Positions 53,291-62,156 of a stretch of 64,000 nucleotides of DNA are shown here, one piece after another (position 1 is the stretch's first letter; each line of letters starts with the position of its first letter). The stretch is from IMG/VR virus record IMGVR_UViG_3300032003_000001, positions 1-64,000 of that record; one strand, 5' to 3'. The position numbers and the translations under genes are program-made. A model generated the notes under the pieces. It had not been told where the DNA came from. It searched no databases and saw only the letters and a program-made list of their open reading frames with translations. This DNA comes from a virus.

Positions 53291-53387
53291 GCAGCATCTG
53301 CGTCGGCGGTCGAGGGCTTGTGATCCGTGTCGTGCGGCGAAGGCTGCCTATGACGCGGGGCGGCGCTCCCGGGCGGGTGCGGCATGA
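53247..53387 (+). CDS. 46-aa ORF (or +1-frame continuation of WhiB) with an HGTxAGY...CxxC motif
   Basis: Hand-translated VLAEQVEHGTRAGYEQHLRRRSRACDPCRAAKAAYDAGRRSRAGAA. ATGA overlap with the next gene. Confidence 0.35.
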   Translation: MLAEQVEHGTRAGYEQHLRRRSRACDPCRAAKAAYDAGRRSRAGAA

Positions 53388-53785
53388 CGGATACGGGCTG
53401 GATGTTCCGGGCCTCGTGGCCGATCCTGCGGCCCGAACTGCCGATGGGGATGCTCCGTGCCGAGGCGTGCCGGGAGATCGACGAGATGGCCCACGAGGCG
53501 AACTGCCGCATCGTCGGCGAGGTGTCCTGGTCGGTTGTGGACGGCCGGCTCTACGCGCACGCTCCGGCGGCGAAGCTGGCCGCGGAGCGCGGCTCGGTGA
53601 TGGCGAAGGCCCCGTTGATCGGGCGGATGGCCCGGTCGGGGATGACGGACCGGCGGATTGCTGACTCGCTGGGTTGTTCGGAGTCGGCGGTGGCGAAGGT
53701 GCGTCAGCGGTCCGGTGTGGCTCCGGGTGTGGGGAATCCGGTGTTGTCCGGGCAACAGCAGCAACGGAAGGGCAAGGCTGCGTGA
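53384..53785 (+). CDS. protein with C-terminal sigma-70 region-4/LuxR-like HTH
   Basis: 133 aa. GMTDRRIADSLGCSESAVAKVRQR. Confidence 0.5.
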   Translation: MTDTGWMFRASWPILRPELPMGMLRAEACREIDEMAHEANCRIVGEVSWSVVDGRLYAHAPAAKLAAERGSVMAKAPLIGRMARSGMTDRRIADSLGCSESAVAKVRQRSGVAPGVGNPVLSGQQQQRKGKAA

Positions 53786-54606
53786 GCGTTCAGGCCATCG
53801 CCTGGGTCCTGCGGGACGCGGTCGGCGTGAAGCCACATCTGGTGGCCACGCTGATCGGCTTGGCGAACCACGCCGACGATGCGGGGAAGGGCGCCTACCC
53901 GTCGCAGGCGAAGCTCGCCGGTTACACCCGCAAGACAACGCGGGGCATTCGGAACGACCTTGCGCAGCTTGAGGCGGACGGGCTGATCGAGCGGGGGGAT
54001 CAGCGGCTGGCACAACATGTCCCCGCCGACGTGCGACCGGTTGTGTGGAATCTGCGCATCGACCGGAACTGTGCTTCCGCTCGTGACGGCGGGGGTGTTG
54101 ACGGCGGTCAATCTGAGGGGAAACCGCAGGCCGCGGCCACCGGGGAAGCGCCGAAAGACGGCGACGCCCGGAACCCTGGTCCCGGGCGGAAGCGTAGTTC
54201 CGGCCGGAAGTCCAGCGCACGCACGAGCGGAAGTGGGGTTCCAGAGGGAGCGGAAGCAGGCTTCCGCCAAACCGTCCATGAACCAAGAACTAAACCGTCA
54301 TCATCACCGCGCGAACGTGCGGTGCGGTACGTCGCCGAGACGCTCGGATGCGATGACGACGATGCGAATTGGATTGTCGATCAAGTCCAACAGCGTCACC
54401 GGCCACAGCGGATGCCCGGCTACCTCCGGCGCATGGCAGCCTCCGGCGACCTCGCCGCGCTGCTGGCCGAACGACACCCACCGCCGAGACCTGAGCCAGA
54501 GCCGGCCTGCGGCCAGTGCGGACCCAACCGCCAGGTCGAGAACGCCGACGGCCGGCTTGCCCGCTGTCCCCGATGCCACCCGCTACGTGAGGAGCGCGCC
54601 GCGTGA
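53782..54606 (+). CDS. winged-helix replication-initiator-like protein
   Basis: 274 aa, GTGA overlap. N-terminal AIAWVLRDA...LIGLANHADDAGKGAYPSQAKLAGYTRKTTRGIRNDLAQLEADGLI. Internal iteron cluster. Confidence 0.5.
   Translation: MSVQAIAWVLRDAVGVKPHLVATLIGLANHADDAGKGAYPSQAKLAGYTRKTTRGIRNDLAQLEADGLIERGDQRLAQHVPADVRPVVWNLRIDRNCASARDGGGVDGGQSEGKPQAAATGEAPKDGDARNPGPGRKRSSGRKSSARTSGSGVPEGAEAGFRQTVHEPRTKPSSSPRERAVRYVAETLGCDDDDANWIVDQVQQRHRPQRMPGYLRRMAASGDLAALLAERHPPPRPEPEPACGQCGPNRQVENADGRLARCPRCHPLREERAA
54186..54267 (+). repeat. iteron-like (G/C)CGGAAG repeats (candidate origin)
   Basis: Copies at 54186, 54204, 54227 and 54250 (18-23 nt spacing), with inverted CTTCCGC at 54261 and 54074. They lie in different codon phases. 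Confidence 0.55.
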
Positions 54607-55247
54607 GCGAAACCCACGCGCTGTACCGGTTCTTCAACCACGATGGCCAGCTGCTCTACGTCGGCATCACCCTCAACCTTGGCTCGCGGCTGACGAAACA
54701 CCGCGACGACAAGCCATGGTGGGCCGAGGTCGCCCGGGTCATGGTGGCGCAGTTCGACAGCCGCGAGGAGGTCCTAGCTGCCGAGAAGGTCGCGATTCGG
54801 ACCGAACAGCCGAAGTACAACATCCAGTACAACGAGGCCGTGATTGAGCGTCGCCAGCAGCTCGCGCCGGTCGGACTGGGGGTGTTGAGGCCAGGCGACA
54901 TTGTGGCCGCGTGTCTGGTAACGGGGGAGTGCCCCCTCGGCGAGATCACTGATGTCGACGAACGTGGATTCCGGCTGACCCACGACTGGTCGGCCAAGGC
55001 GCCCGCCGTCGCCATCGTCCTGTGGCCGCAGGTAGAGCGCATCCTCGTGGCCGGACCACCGGGAGGGTGGGACGACGAGACGCCTGTCCAGATCGACAAG
55101 TGGCCGCTTTACAAGCTCCGCGACTACTGGAGAGCCCATCGGATGCCCCGGTTCGCCTGCGCCAAGTGCGGTGGTGAGTTCTACGTCGAACGCTGGAACG
55201 ACGGCGGGCTATGCGGCAAGTGCTGGAACGAGGAGGCGCCGTTCTGA
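54603..55247 (+). CDS. GIY-YIG nuclease-domain protein with C-terminal Cys4 motif
   Basis: 214 aa. LYRFFNHDGQLLYVGIT...RLTKHR...AEKVAIRTEQPKYN. CAKCGG...CGKC. Confidence 0.65.
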   Translation: MSETHALYRFFNHDGQLLYVGITLNLGSRLTKHRDDKPWWAEVARVMVAQFDSREEVLAAEKVAIRTEQPKYNIQYNEAVIERRQQLAPVGLGVLRPGDIVAACLVTGECPLGEITDVDERGFRLTHDWSAKAPAVAIVLWPQVERILVAGPPGGWDDETPVQIDKWPLYKLRDYWRAHRMPRFACAKCGGEFYVERWNDGGLCGKCWNEEAPF

Positions 55248-55465
55248 TGACACTCAGTCACCGTGGCGCTGACGTCGCCGCGCTCGCCGCGAGGCTCGCC
55301 GCAAAGGCGGCCGACGCAGCGAACCCACCTGCTCGCCGTCGCCGAAACGGGCACATCGCCGACTGCCCGAACCCGGCTCGTCCGGTCGACAAGTGCCGAG
55401 TCTGCCGCTCCGAGGTGGTCGGTGCCCGAGTCGAGGGGGACGGCGATGAGCCTGACGATCGATGA
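55247..55465 (+). CDS. hypothetical protein
   Basis: 72 aa from ATG 55247 (TGATG junction), in the frame of track ORF 55211..55465. Confidence 0.4.
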   Translation: MTLSHRGADVAALAARLAAKAADAANPPARRRRNGHIADCPNPARPVDKCRVCRSEVVGARVEGDGDEPDDR

Positions 55466-55739
55466 CCCACCCGAAATCGCCGGCTGCTTCCGATGCTCAC
55501 GCCCACTGGCCTGGCTGTACTCGGCCCGCACCGGCCAATGGGTCGCCTTCGCCACCACACCCGACGACATCCGGCTCCTACGGGTCCACGAATGCCCGAG
55601 ATACCCCGGCGACCGGCCACCACCAGCGTGGCGGGACATCGTCGAGCAGCCACCGGAAGTGATCCATGCCGGTGCCGCTCTTGTCAGGGAAGCCATAGAT
55701 CGAACTACGAAAGATCACCAAGGAGGAGACCAGCAGTGA
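55446..55739 (+). CDS. hypothetical protein
   Basis: 97 aa from ATG 55446, in the frame of track ORF 55263..55739. Confidence 0.4.
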   Translation: MSLTIDDPPEIAGCFRCSRPLAWLYSARTGQWVAFATTPDDIRLLRVHECPRYPGDRPPPAWRDIVEQPPEVIHAGAALVREAIDRTTKDHQGGDQQ

Positions 55740-56365
55740 GCACCATCGTGTTCATCGACACGGAGACCACTTCGCTCCGACCCGACCGGCGCGCCTGGGA
55801 CGTGGCCCTGATCATCCGTGAGCCGGGCGAGGAGGACCGCGAGTACCAGTGGTTCATCGAGGCGCAGGACCTGGACCTCGGCAACGCCGACCCGTTCGCC
55901 CTGCGCATCGGCCACTTCTACAAGCGGCACCCGGCGGCCGTGACCACGGACTTCTTCGTACCGAACGTCGAGTCGGAGCAGTTCGTGATGCGGCACGTCG
56001 AGCATCTGACCCGCGGCGCCCACCTCGTCGGGGCGGTACCCAACTTCGACGCCGACGTGCTCGGCGCCCGGATGCGGGACAACGGGCTGCTGCCGTCCTG
56101 GCACTACCACCTTCAGGACGTCGAGACGCTGATCGTCGGCTACATCCGCGGTCTGATCGTCGCCACGGCGGAGCAGCTCGACGCGGCCGACAAGCCGACC
56201 GACGCGCTCTGGCAGCTACCGACGGCGCTGCCATGGAACTCCGAGGACCTGTCCCGGGCGGTCGGGGTCGAGCCGCCGGCCGGAGAGGACCGCCACACCG
56301 CTCTCGGGGATGCCCGGTGGGCCCGCGACATGTACGACGCGGTGATGGGCAAGGTCGGCGGGTGA
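55736..56365 (+). CDS. DEDDh 3'-5' exonuclease (DnaQ-like)
   Basis: 209 aa, GTGA overlap. FIDTETTSL, GAVPNFDADVL, HTALGDARWARDMYD. Confidence 0.7.
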   Translation: MSTIVFIDTETTSLRPDRRAWDVALIIREPGEEDREYQWFIEAQDLDLGNADPFALRIGHFYKRHPAAVTTDFFVPNVESEQFVMRHVEHLTRGAHLVGAVPNFDADVLGARMRDNGLLPSWHYHLQDVETLIVGYIRGLIVATAEQLDAADKPTDALWQLPTALPWNSEDLSRAVGVEPPAGEDRHTALGDARWARDMYDAVMGKVGG

Positions 56366-56541
56366 GCGCCCGGGCGAAGACCTGGGTCCTGATCGCCGCC
56401 GCGGTCGTCGTGCTGGTGCTGTGCTGCGGCCTCGCCGCCTGCCTACCGGCCAGCCCCGGCTACCACGTGGTCCACAGCGACACGTCGAAGTCGAAGAAGA
56501 GCAAACCGAAGACCGTCAAGGTCAAATCACGGAAGAGGTAG
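56362..56541 (+). CDS. 59-aa membrane/lipoprotein-like protein with Lys-rich tail
   Basis: GTGA overlap. WVLIAAAVVVLVLCCGLAAC, then SKSKKSKPKTVKVKSRKR. Confidence 0.45.
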   Translation: MSARAKTWVLIAAAVVVLVLCCGLAACLPASPGYHVVHSDTSKSKKSKPKTVKVKSRKR

Positions 56542-56546
56542 GGCGA

Positions 56547-57146
56547 ATGGGACTGGACTTCACGAAAGAGGCCAACGGCGACGAGGTCGCACCGCTCGGC
56601 TCGGTCGGGGTGCTGGAGGTCGAACTGGAATGGGAGCAGCCGCAGACCGGCGGCGGGTTCATGGGCAAGCTGAAGGGCCTGCGCGACGCGACCGACGTGG
56701 ACGTGGCCGGGATCCTGTTCGAGGGTGACGAGCCGGTGGACTACGTCGACCCCAAGCAGCACCCGAGCGCGTTGGGTGGGGCGGTCGTACACCACGGCGA
56801 CGTCAAGCGCGGTGCCGGCGAGGGCGGCGGGGAACGGATCACCATGCGGCTCGCCGACATCCGGGAGACCGACTCCGACATCACCGCGATCGCGCTCACC
56901 GCGTCGTGCCCGAGGGGTGACTTCTCTAAGGTGGCCGGCGCGGTCTGCCGGATCTTCGACGCCTCCAACGGGACCCGCCAGCACCTGGGCAACGTCCGCT
57001 TCGCCGTCACCGGCGGGCACACCGGTGCGCTGCTGGGCGTGGTCCGCAAGACCCCGGACGGGTGGCTGTTCGCGAAGACCAAGGCGTACGGCGCGGCGGG
57101 GAACTGGCGGCAACTCGCGGGCCTGGCCCGCGGCCGAGTCGCGTAG
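56547..57146 (+). CDS. TerD-domain stress-response-like protein
   Basis: 199 aa from ATG 56547. VLEVELEWE...VDVAGILFEG...ITMRLADI...ITAIALTASC...VCRIFDAS pattern. Confidence 0.65.
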   Translation: MGLDFTKEANGDEVAPLGSVGVLEVELEWEQPQTGGGFMGKLKGLRDATDVDVAGILFEGDEPVDYVDPKQHPSALGGAVVHHGDVKRGAGEGGGERITMRLADIRETDSDITAIALTASCPRGDFSKVAGAVCRIFDASNGTRQHLGNVRFAVTGGHTGALLGVVRKTPDGWLFAKTKAYGAAGNWRQLAGLARGRVA

Positions 57147-57215
57147 ATCACTGGACGGGCCGGGCGTCCCGTATCCGCCCGGCCCGCTTGATCAAGACTA
57201 GAGGAGGAGAACCTT

Positions 57216-58100
57216 ATGAGCGATTTGGACGGCGGCTCCGCCGCCCCGGCTACGCCGGACGTCCCGACGGGCGGGCAGATGAGAGCCCCCGGATCGGTCC
57301 AGCCACCTCGTCCGTCGGTCGCGCCTCCGTCACCGCCATCCACGGGTGATGTGCGTGTGGACCGGGCCGTTGTCGATGGCTGGCCGGCCGGCATGGTAGC
57401 GATCGATCTGGAGCGTGCCGTTGCCCGGCGACAGCCCGTGACGTTGTGCGGCGTGGTGTACGCGCCGGCCGACGGGCCTAACCACTCCGGCGTAGCCGGG
57501 GAGCCGGAGGCGACAACGACTAGATCTTGGGTTGAGCCTCCGACGGGCGGCATGCTCGTGTTCCACGACAAGCACGGAAGGCCGATCTTTGCTCGACCCA
57601 CTCAGGGTGATTCTCCGCCTTCGCCCACCCAGACCCCTTCACCTGACCCTGTTGGCGCGGCAGCGGCGATCCTGGTGGGCGGAACGGTGGTCTCCGACGA
57701 AGCCGTGGAGGCTGCCGCGCGTGCCGATCACGCGTTCGGCCGTCTCGGCGACGACCCCGACTGGGGTGGCCTGACCGACGCGGACCGGGACAGCTACCGG
57801 CAGGCCGCGCGCTCGTACCTGACCGCTGCTGCTCCTCTGATAGCCGCACAAGCCCTGCGCCGGGCAGCCGCCGAGATCCGCAGCCACATCTCCGCCCCGC
57901 GTGCCCGCGTCGCTACCGACGTGCCGCTCGACGTGGCGGCCGGGATCGTCGAGCGGCGCGCCGACGAGCTGGAGCGGGGGACCGACCGACCGCCGCCCGA
58001 TCGAGGCAAGGTCACCGCCGACGACCGCGCCATCGTCAGCCGCGCCACCGGCGGCCGCATCCGCTCCGTGGAGCGGATGCCTGAGTACGAGGAGGACTGA
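57216..58100 (+). CDS. hypothetical Pro/Ala-rich protein
   Basis: 294-aa track ORF. ATG after GGAGGAGA. Confidence 0.5.
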   Translation: MSDLDGGSAAPATPDVPTGGQMRAPGSVQPPRPSVAPPSPPSTGDVRVDRAVVDGWPAGMVAIDLERAVARRQPVTLCGVVYAPADGPNHSGVAGEPEATTTRSWVEPPTGGMLVFHDKHGRPIFARPTQGDSPPSPTQTPSPDPVGAAAAILVGGTVVSDEAVEAAARADHAFGRLGDDPDWGGLTDADRDSYRQAARSYLTAAAPLIAAQALRRAAAEIRSHISAPRARVATDVPLDVAAGIVERRADELERGTDRPPPDRGKVTADDRAIVSRATGGRIRSVERMPEYEED

Positions 58101-58483
58101 TGTCTGACGACCGCCCAACCCCGGAGGAGTTCGCCGCCTTCGATGCCGCCCTGGCAACCCTGCGGAGTAGTGGGAGCAGCGATTTGTCACCGATCGCCCA
58201 ACATGCCAAGGCGATCTACGACGCCCAGACCGAACGGCTGGCCACGTTCCAGGCGGCCGTCGAGGACGCGTCCACCCGTCGCGCAGGCGCTCTCGCTGCG
58301 CTCTACGACTCGGGCCTGTCCTACAAGGAAGTCGGCGCACTGGTCGGCCTGAGTTCCGCGCGGGTGGGGCAGATCATCACCGCGCTAAACCGGTGCCGCC
58401 CGGCCACCCCGGCGTCAGCCGGAGAGCCGAAGGCGCCGCAAAAGACTCTTGCAAAAGACTTCGACGGAGGTAGCGGTGAGTGA
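58100..58483 (+). CDS. protein with sigma-70 region-4-like HTH
   Basis: 127 aa. SGLSYKEVGALVGLSSARVGQIITALN. Confidence 0.5.
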   Translation: MSDDRPTPEEFAAFDAALATLRSSGSSDLSPIAQHAKAIYDAQTERLATFQAAVEDASTRRAGALAALYDSGLSYKEVGALVGLSSARVGQIITALNRCRPATPASAGEPKAPQKTLAKDFDGGSGE

Positions 58484-58853
58484 GGCCCGTGCTGACGCTG
58501 CGGCCCCCGACCCGCCGATGCCGCCCCGGGACTGGCTCGGCGAGCACACCGCTCCGTCGAAAGGCTCAGCTGGGCGTGGCTGGCAGACCGGCTGGCGGGC
58601 GGGCTACCTGGCCGGGCTTCAAGCGGCGGCGGCGGGGGAGCCGGCCTTCGACAAGGTCCGCTCGCCGGCCGCGGTGGCGAAGCTGTACGTCCTCGCCGTC
58701 GCGGAGGAGATGGCTGTGGCTGTCGCGGCGGCCAAGGCGAAGTACGTGGCCGACCTGTCCGGTGATGCGCCGTTCTCGTTGCTGATTGCGAGTGAAAAGT
58801 ATCTACGTGCCACTGGGCGGGGTGCCGTAGACCCGCAACCAAAGGAGGACTGA
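58476..58853 (+). CDS. hypothetical protein
   Basis: GTG in a GGTGAGTGA junction, in the frame of track ORF 58449..58853. Confidence 0.45.
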   Translation: MSEARADAAAPDPPMPPRDWLGEHTAPSKGSAGRGWQTGWRAGYLAGLQAAAAGEPAFDKVRSPAAVAKLYVLAVAEEMAVAVAAAKAKYVADLSGDAPFSLLIASEKYLRATGRGAVDPQPKED

Positions 58854-58856
58854 CCG

Positions 58857-59318
58857 ATGCCCCTGACCTACCGCAAGCGGCCGATCGTCATCGAGGCGAT
58901 GCAGTGGACCGGCGACAACATCGCCGACCTGTGGGACTGGGCGGGCGCCGCCAACGTGTACGGGCCGACCGAGGCGAACCCGCTGCGGCTGTACGTCGCG
59001 GCGAACGAAGCGTGGCTCGACCTTGAGACCGGTGAATGGATCATCCGGGACAGCCGCGGGTTCTACCCATGCAAGGCCGAGGTGTTCGAGGCGACCTACG
59101 AGCCGGTGGACATAGAGCGGTACTGCGTGATCTCCGGCCGTCCGGTCCACATGGTCCCCGGCGACCGATGCCTGGACCACGGCGCCGCGCCGACCATGTG
59201 CCCGACCGACCTGCGGCCGGCGCAGTGCCAGCACCCACGGCTGTCCCCGAACCACCCGCAGCCGCACTGCTCGGAGTGCGGTGTCGATGTGGCCGTAGAC
59301 CCCGAGGAGAAGCCGTGA
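58857..59318 (+). CDS. hypothetical protein
   Basis: 153-aa track ORF. Confidence 0.5.
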   Translation: MPLTYRKRPIVIEAMQWTGDNIADLWDWAGAANVYGPTEANPLRLYVAANEAWLDLETGEWIIRDSRGFYPCKAEVFEATYEPVDIERYCVISGRPVHMVPGDRCLDHGAAPTMCPTDLRPAQCQHPRLSPNHPQPHCSECGVDVAVDPEEKP

Positions 59319-59413
59319 GTTGCGCCTGTAGCTGTCATCGCTGCTGCGTCCCTCTCGATGAGTCTTGTCCGGACTGTGCCGACGACCACGTCGAGGAGAA
59401 GCTGAATGGCTGA
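59315..59413 (+). CDS. 32-aa Cys-rich mini-protein
   Basis: GTGA overlap. VSCACSCHRCCVPLDESCPDCADDHVEEKLNG. Confidence 0.3.
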   Translation: MSCACSCHRCCVPLDESCPDCADDHVEEKLNG

Positions 59414-59664
59414 CTGGATCAGCGACGTGCTGCGCGATATCTGCCGTGGTGTCGGGGACGGGTTCGACCTGATCGTTGGCTACTGGCCGGGACCGCTCCG
59501 CCGTAGGCGGGGAGCGTAGCGACAATCCAAAATCAGCTACAGAAGGTAGCGACGACGATGTTACTTGCTGGTAGGTGTGGCGTGGTGCCACCGTCCGGGG
59601 ACCGGGTTGAGGCATCGGGACGTACCGATCGCGGGAGTTTGACCATATATGCAGGGGAGTAGCG

Positions 59665-60024
59665 GTGAGTAATCTGGCGGCGTGGCTCAACGCCCAGATC
59701 GACCATGATGACCTGACCCGCCGTGAGGCTCTGGACCATCTGCTCGACGGTGGTCGGTCCGGGTTCGACTGGTCCAGTCTTCCGGACCCTGTCCGGGTCT
59801 TCGTGATGACGTGGACGCCGGGTAGGGCGGAGCTGGAGGTGGCCGCCTACCGGCGCATCCTTCGGGACTACGAGACGGCCCTGACGTCGGCTGAGGTTGC
59901 CGAGGGCACGCCGCTGGCTGGCGCCACGCGGCTGTCCCTTCGGCTGCGTCGTGAAGCCGTGCTGGCGATCGCCTCGATTTACTCGGACAGGCCCGGGTTC
60001 GATCCGGCATGGACGGTGGAGTGA
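59665..60024 (+). CDS. DUF6221-like hypothetical protein
   Basis: 119-aa track ORF. Preceded by a 145-nt lower-GC non-coding gap with promoter-like TTGACC. Confidence 0.5.
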   Translation: MSNLAAWLNAQIDHDDLTRREALDHLLDGGRSGFDWSSLPDPVRVFVMTWTPGRAELEVAAYRRILRDYETALTSAEVAEGTPLAGATRLSLRLRREAVLAIASIYSDRPGFDPAWTVE

Positions 60025-61064
60025 TGACCAGACCGCCTGCACCGGCTGGGGTCAGTGCCCGGGTTATCGCTAGGACGCGGGTGTTGCGGAGGGAGCGTGG
60101 TTGGTCGGGTCGGGTGTTGGCGGAGCGGCTGACTGCGGCCGGGTGTCCCACGTCCCAGAACATGATCGAGAGTCAGGAGGGTCGGGGTTCCCGGTTGTCG
60201 GCGGAGCAGGTGGTTGCTGCGGCCGCGGTGTTCGGGCTGTCCCTGGACGAGTTGTTCGGTAACGGGTGCGGGCGTTGCCAGGGGGCGCCGCCGGTGGGGT
60301 TCGTGTGTGGGGCGTGCGGCTTGGAGGCCCCGCCGGCCGAGCCCGAGCCGGTGTGGCCGTTCAGCGAGGCTGATTGTCCGGTTTGCGAGCCGCCGCCCGA
60401 GCCGAGCCCCGAGTTCTGGGACGCCATGCAGACGATGATCGTGCACCAGGGCGGCACCGATGCGGAGTGGGAGTCCTACCGCCGCACCTTCCCGGAGCGG
60501 GTCGAGCCGCCGTTGCGGGAGCCGTACGACAGTGACGATCCGTGTCCGACGTGTGGCGCGCCGATCGTCAGCATGTTGATGGGCGACGCGGTCTTCCTGC
60601 CGTGCCGGCACGCGTTCGTAGTGGACGACGAGTTCGACGGGGTGGCGTACAACTGGAGGCGGGGGCTGCTGCGCTTGCTCCGGCGTCGCTGCCGGGACTG
60701 CGGAGCGCTGCGGGGTAAGCCGCATGAGGACGGCTGCGACGGGGCCCGCTGCCTGGCCTACGGCACGCAGCGGGCACAGTGTGGTGACGGCGCCCGGCTC
60801 GTGGTCGTCGGCTTCTACCCGTCGGGGTCGCCGATCGTGTGGCACGAGTTCGACGGTCACGACTGTGGCAAGGATGTCTGGTCCGGCCGCTGGCCAGGTG
60901 TGGCGGATGCTGAGCGGCTGGGCTGGTATGCCTATTTCGTGCCCAACGGTGACCCGTCGTGGGTGCCCTGCGGCCCGGATCATCCCGGTGCCCGCCCTGA
61001 CCTGAACAGGCTTCAGGTCGAGGGCCGGTGGAACCCCCGGCTGCTCCGGTGGGAGGCCCGGTGA
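60024..61064 (+). CDS. XRE-type HTH protein with large Cys-rich C-terminal region
   Basis: 346 aa. RRERGWSGRVLAERLTAAGCPTSQNMIESQEGR HTH. Multiple CxxC pairs downstream. Confidence 0.55.
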   Translation: MTRPPAPAGVSARVIARTRVLRRERGWSGRVLAERLTAAGCPTSQNMIESQEGRGSRLSAEQVVAAAAVFGLSLDELFGNGCGRCQGAPPVGFVCGACGLEAPPAEPEPVWPFSEADCPVCEPPPEPSPEFWDAMQTMIVHQGGTDAEWESYRRTFPERVEPPLREPYDSDDPCPTCGAPIVSMLMGDAVFLPCRHAFVVDDEFDGVAYNWRRGLLRLLRRRCRDCGALRGKPHEDGCDGARCLAYGTQRAQCGDGARLVVVGFYPSGSPIVWHEFDGHDCGKDVWSGRWPGVADAERLGWYAYFVPNGDPSWVPCGPDHPGARPDLNRLQVEGRWNPRLLRWEAR

Positions 61065-61183
61065 GCTTCCGTCGTCGTCTCGAAGACGGCTACCAGTGCC
61101 TCGTACTGGTCCTCATGCTCGGTGTCGCTGGGCTGCTGGGTGCTGTGGCTGGCGCCCTCGTCACCTGGAGCGTGATCGGGTGA
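61061..61183 (+). CDS. 40-aa single-TM protein (below the track cutoff)
   Basis: GTGA overlaps at both ends. VSFRRRLEDGYQCLVLVLMLGVAGLLGAVAGALVTWSVIG. Confidence 0.35.
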   Translation: MSFRRRLEDGYQCLVLVLMLGVAGLLGAVAGALVTWSVIG

Positions 61184-61377
61184 GTGACAGCCGTGCAGAA
61201 CGCTGGAAGCCCGAAGGGGCGACCTACCTATGGGTAACGTTCGGCGATGAGTATCCGGCCGACCGCCCGCTCTCCTGCGAGTTGTGCGGTGCGGTGGTGG
61301 TCGATTCCGAGCTTCACACACGCTGGCACGCGTCGTTGGAGTCCGTGGTGAAGCTGTTGCAGGAGCGCCCCGAATGA
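61180..61377 (+). CDS. hypothetical protein
   Basis: 65 aa from GTG 61180, in the frame of track ORF 61096..61377. Confidence 0.4.
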   Translation: MSDSRAERWKPEGATYLWVTFGDEYPADRPLSCELCGAVVVDSELHTRWHASLESVVKLLQERPE

Positions 61378-62156
61378 TCTGCGTGGTCTGCCAGGACCCC
61401 GACCGGGTGGTGGAGCCTGGCTGGCTGGTCTGCTACCGCGACTGGTCCCGCATGGCGGTGGCCCTGCGTGACATCCCGGGTCTGGTGGCTGAGGTGTACT
61501 CCCTGGGCCCGGTCCAGCGCGACCACCGCCGGGAGTTGTGGGACGTGGCGACGGGTGCGCGGTGGCCGCACTGGGACCCGGTGGCGAACATGTTCAGCGC
61601 CGGCCCGATCAACGGCGCCAAGGGCGCACCGAGGGTGTCGGGGAGCCGAGCGGCGCCGGTCCCGATCCGCCTCGACCCCACGGACCTCACCGCGGCCGCC
61701 CGTGCCGGCTCGACGGGCGTGCACCTCCGCAGCCCGTGGCCGGCTGACCAGATCGGCCACCTGTCCGTCGCCACCGAGCTGGATTTCTGGGCGAGCGACT
61801 GGGCGTCGGAGCGCCACGAGTCGCGGCCATCCCCCCAGGTGCCGTTCCTGTGCTCCTGGCTGTCCGACCGGCTCGACTGGGCCGGCTGCCACTATGCCGC
61901 CCTGGACGAGTTCGCCCTCAAGCTGAGCGGGCTCTACGGGGCTCTGACGTCCGCCGTTGGTGGGTGGGCGGTGAAGCCGGAAACCCTCATCACGCCTTGC
62001 CGGTCCTGCGGCATGCTGGCGCTGTACCGGGAGATCGGACCGACCCCGGAGTATGACCGGGTGGCCTGTGGAGCCTGCCCGTCGCTGCTGACCGAGGTGG
62101 AGTACGCGGAGTACGTCCGGGGTCTGGTTGAGGAAGCGAAGGAGAACGCGGCGTGA
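61374..62156 (+). CDS. hypothetical protein with N- and C-terminal CxxC pairs
   Basis: 260 aa, ATGA overlap. MICVVCQD...CRSCG...CGACP. Confidence 0.5.
   Translation: MICVVCQDPDRVVEPGWLVCYRDWSRMAVALRDIPGLVAEVYSLGPVQRDHRRELWDVATGARWPHWDPVANMFSAGPINGAKGAPRVSGSRAAPVPIRLDPTDLTAAARAGSTGVHLRSPWPADQIGHLSVATELDFWASDWASERHESRPSPQVPFLCSWLSDRLDWAGCHYAALDEFALKLSGLYGALTSAVGGWAVKPETLITPCRSCGMLALYREIGPTPEYDRVACGACPSLLTEVEYAEYVRGLVEEAKENAA

Noticed and set aside
59406-59519. 37-aa ORF MADWISDVLRDICRGVGDGFDLIVGYWPGPLRRRRGA
   Set aside because: It is short, has no recognisable motif, and ends in an Arg-rich tail. I could neither support nor exclude it, so it is left unannotated.
59520-59664. Lower-GC 145-nt gap as a cos/pac site or late promoter
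   Set aside because: There is only a TTGACC hexamer and small hairpins. No terminase gene is in the window to anchor a packaging-site call.
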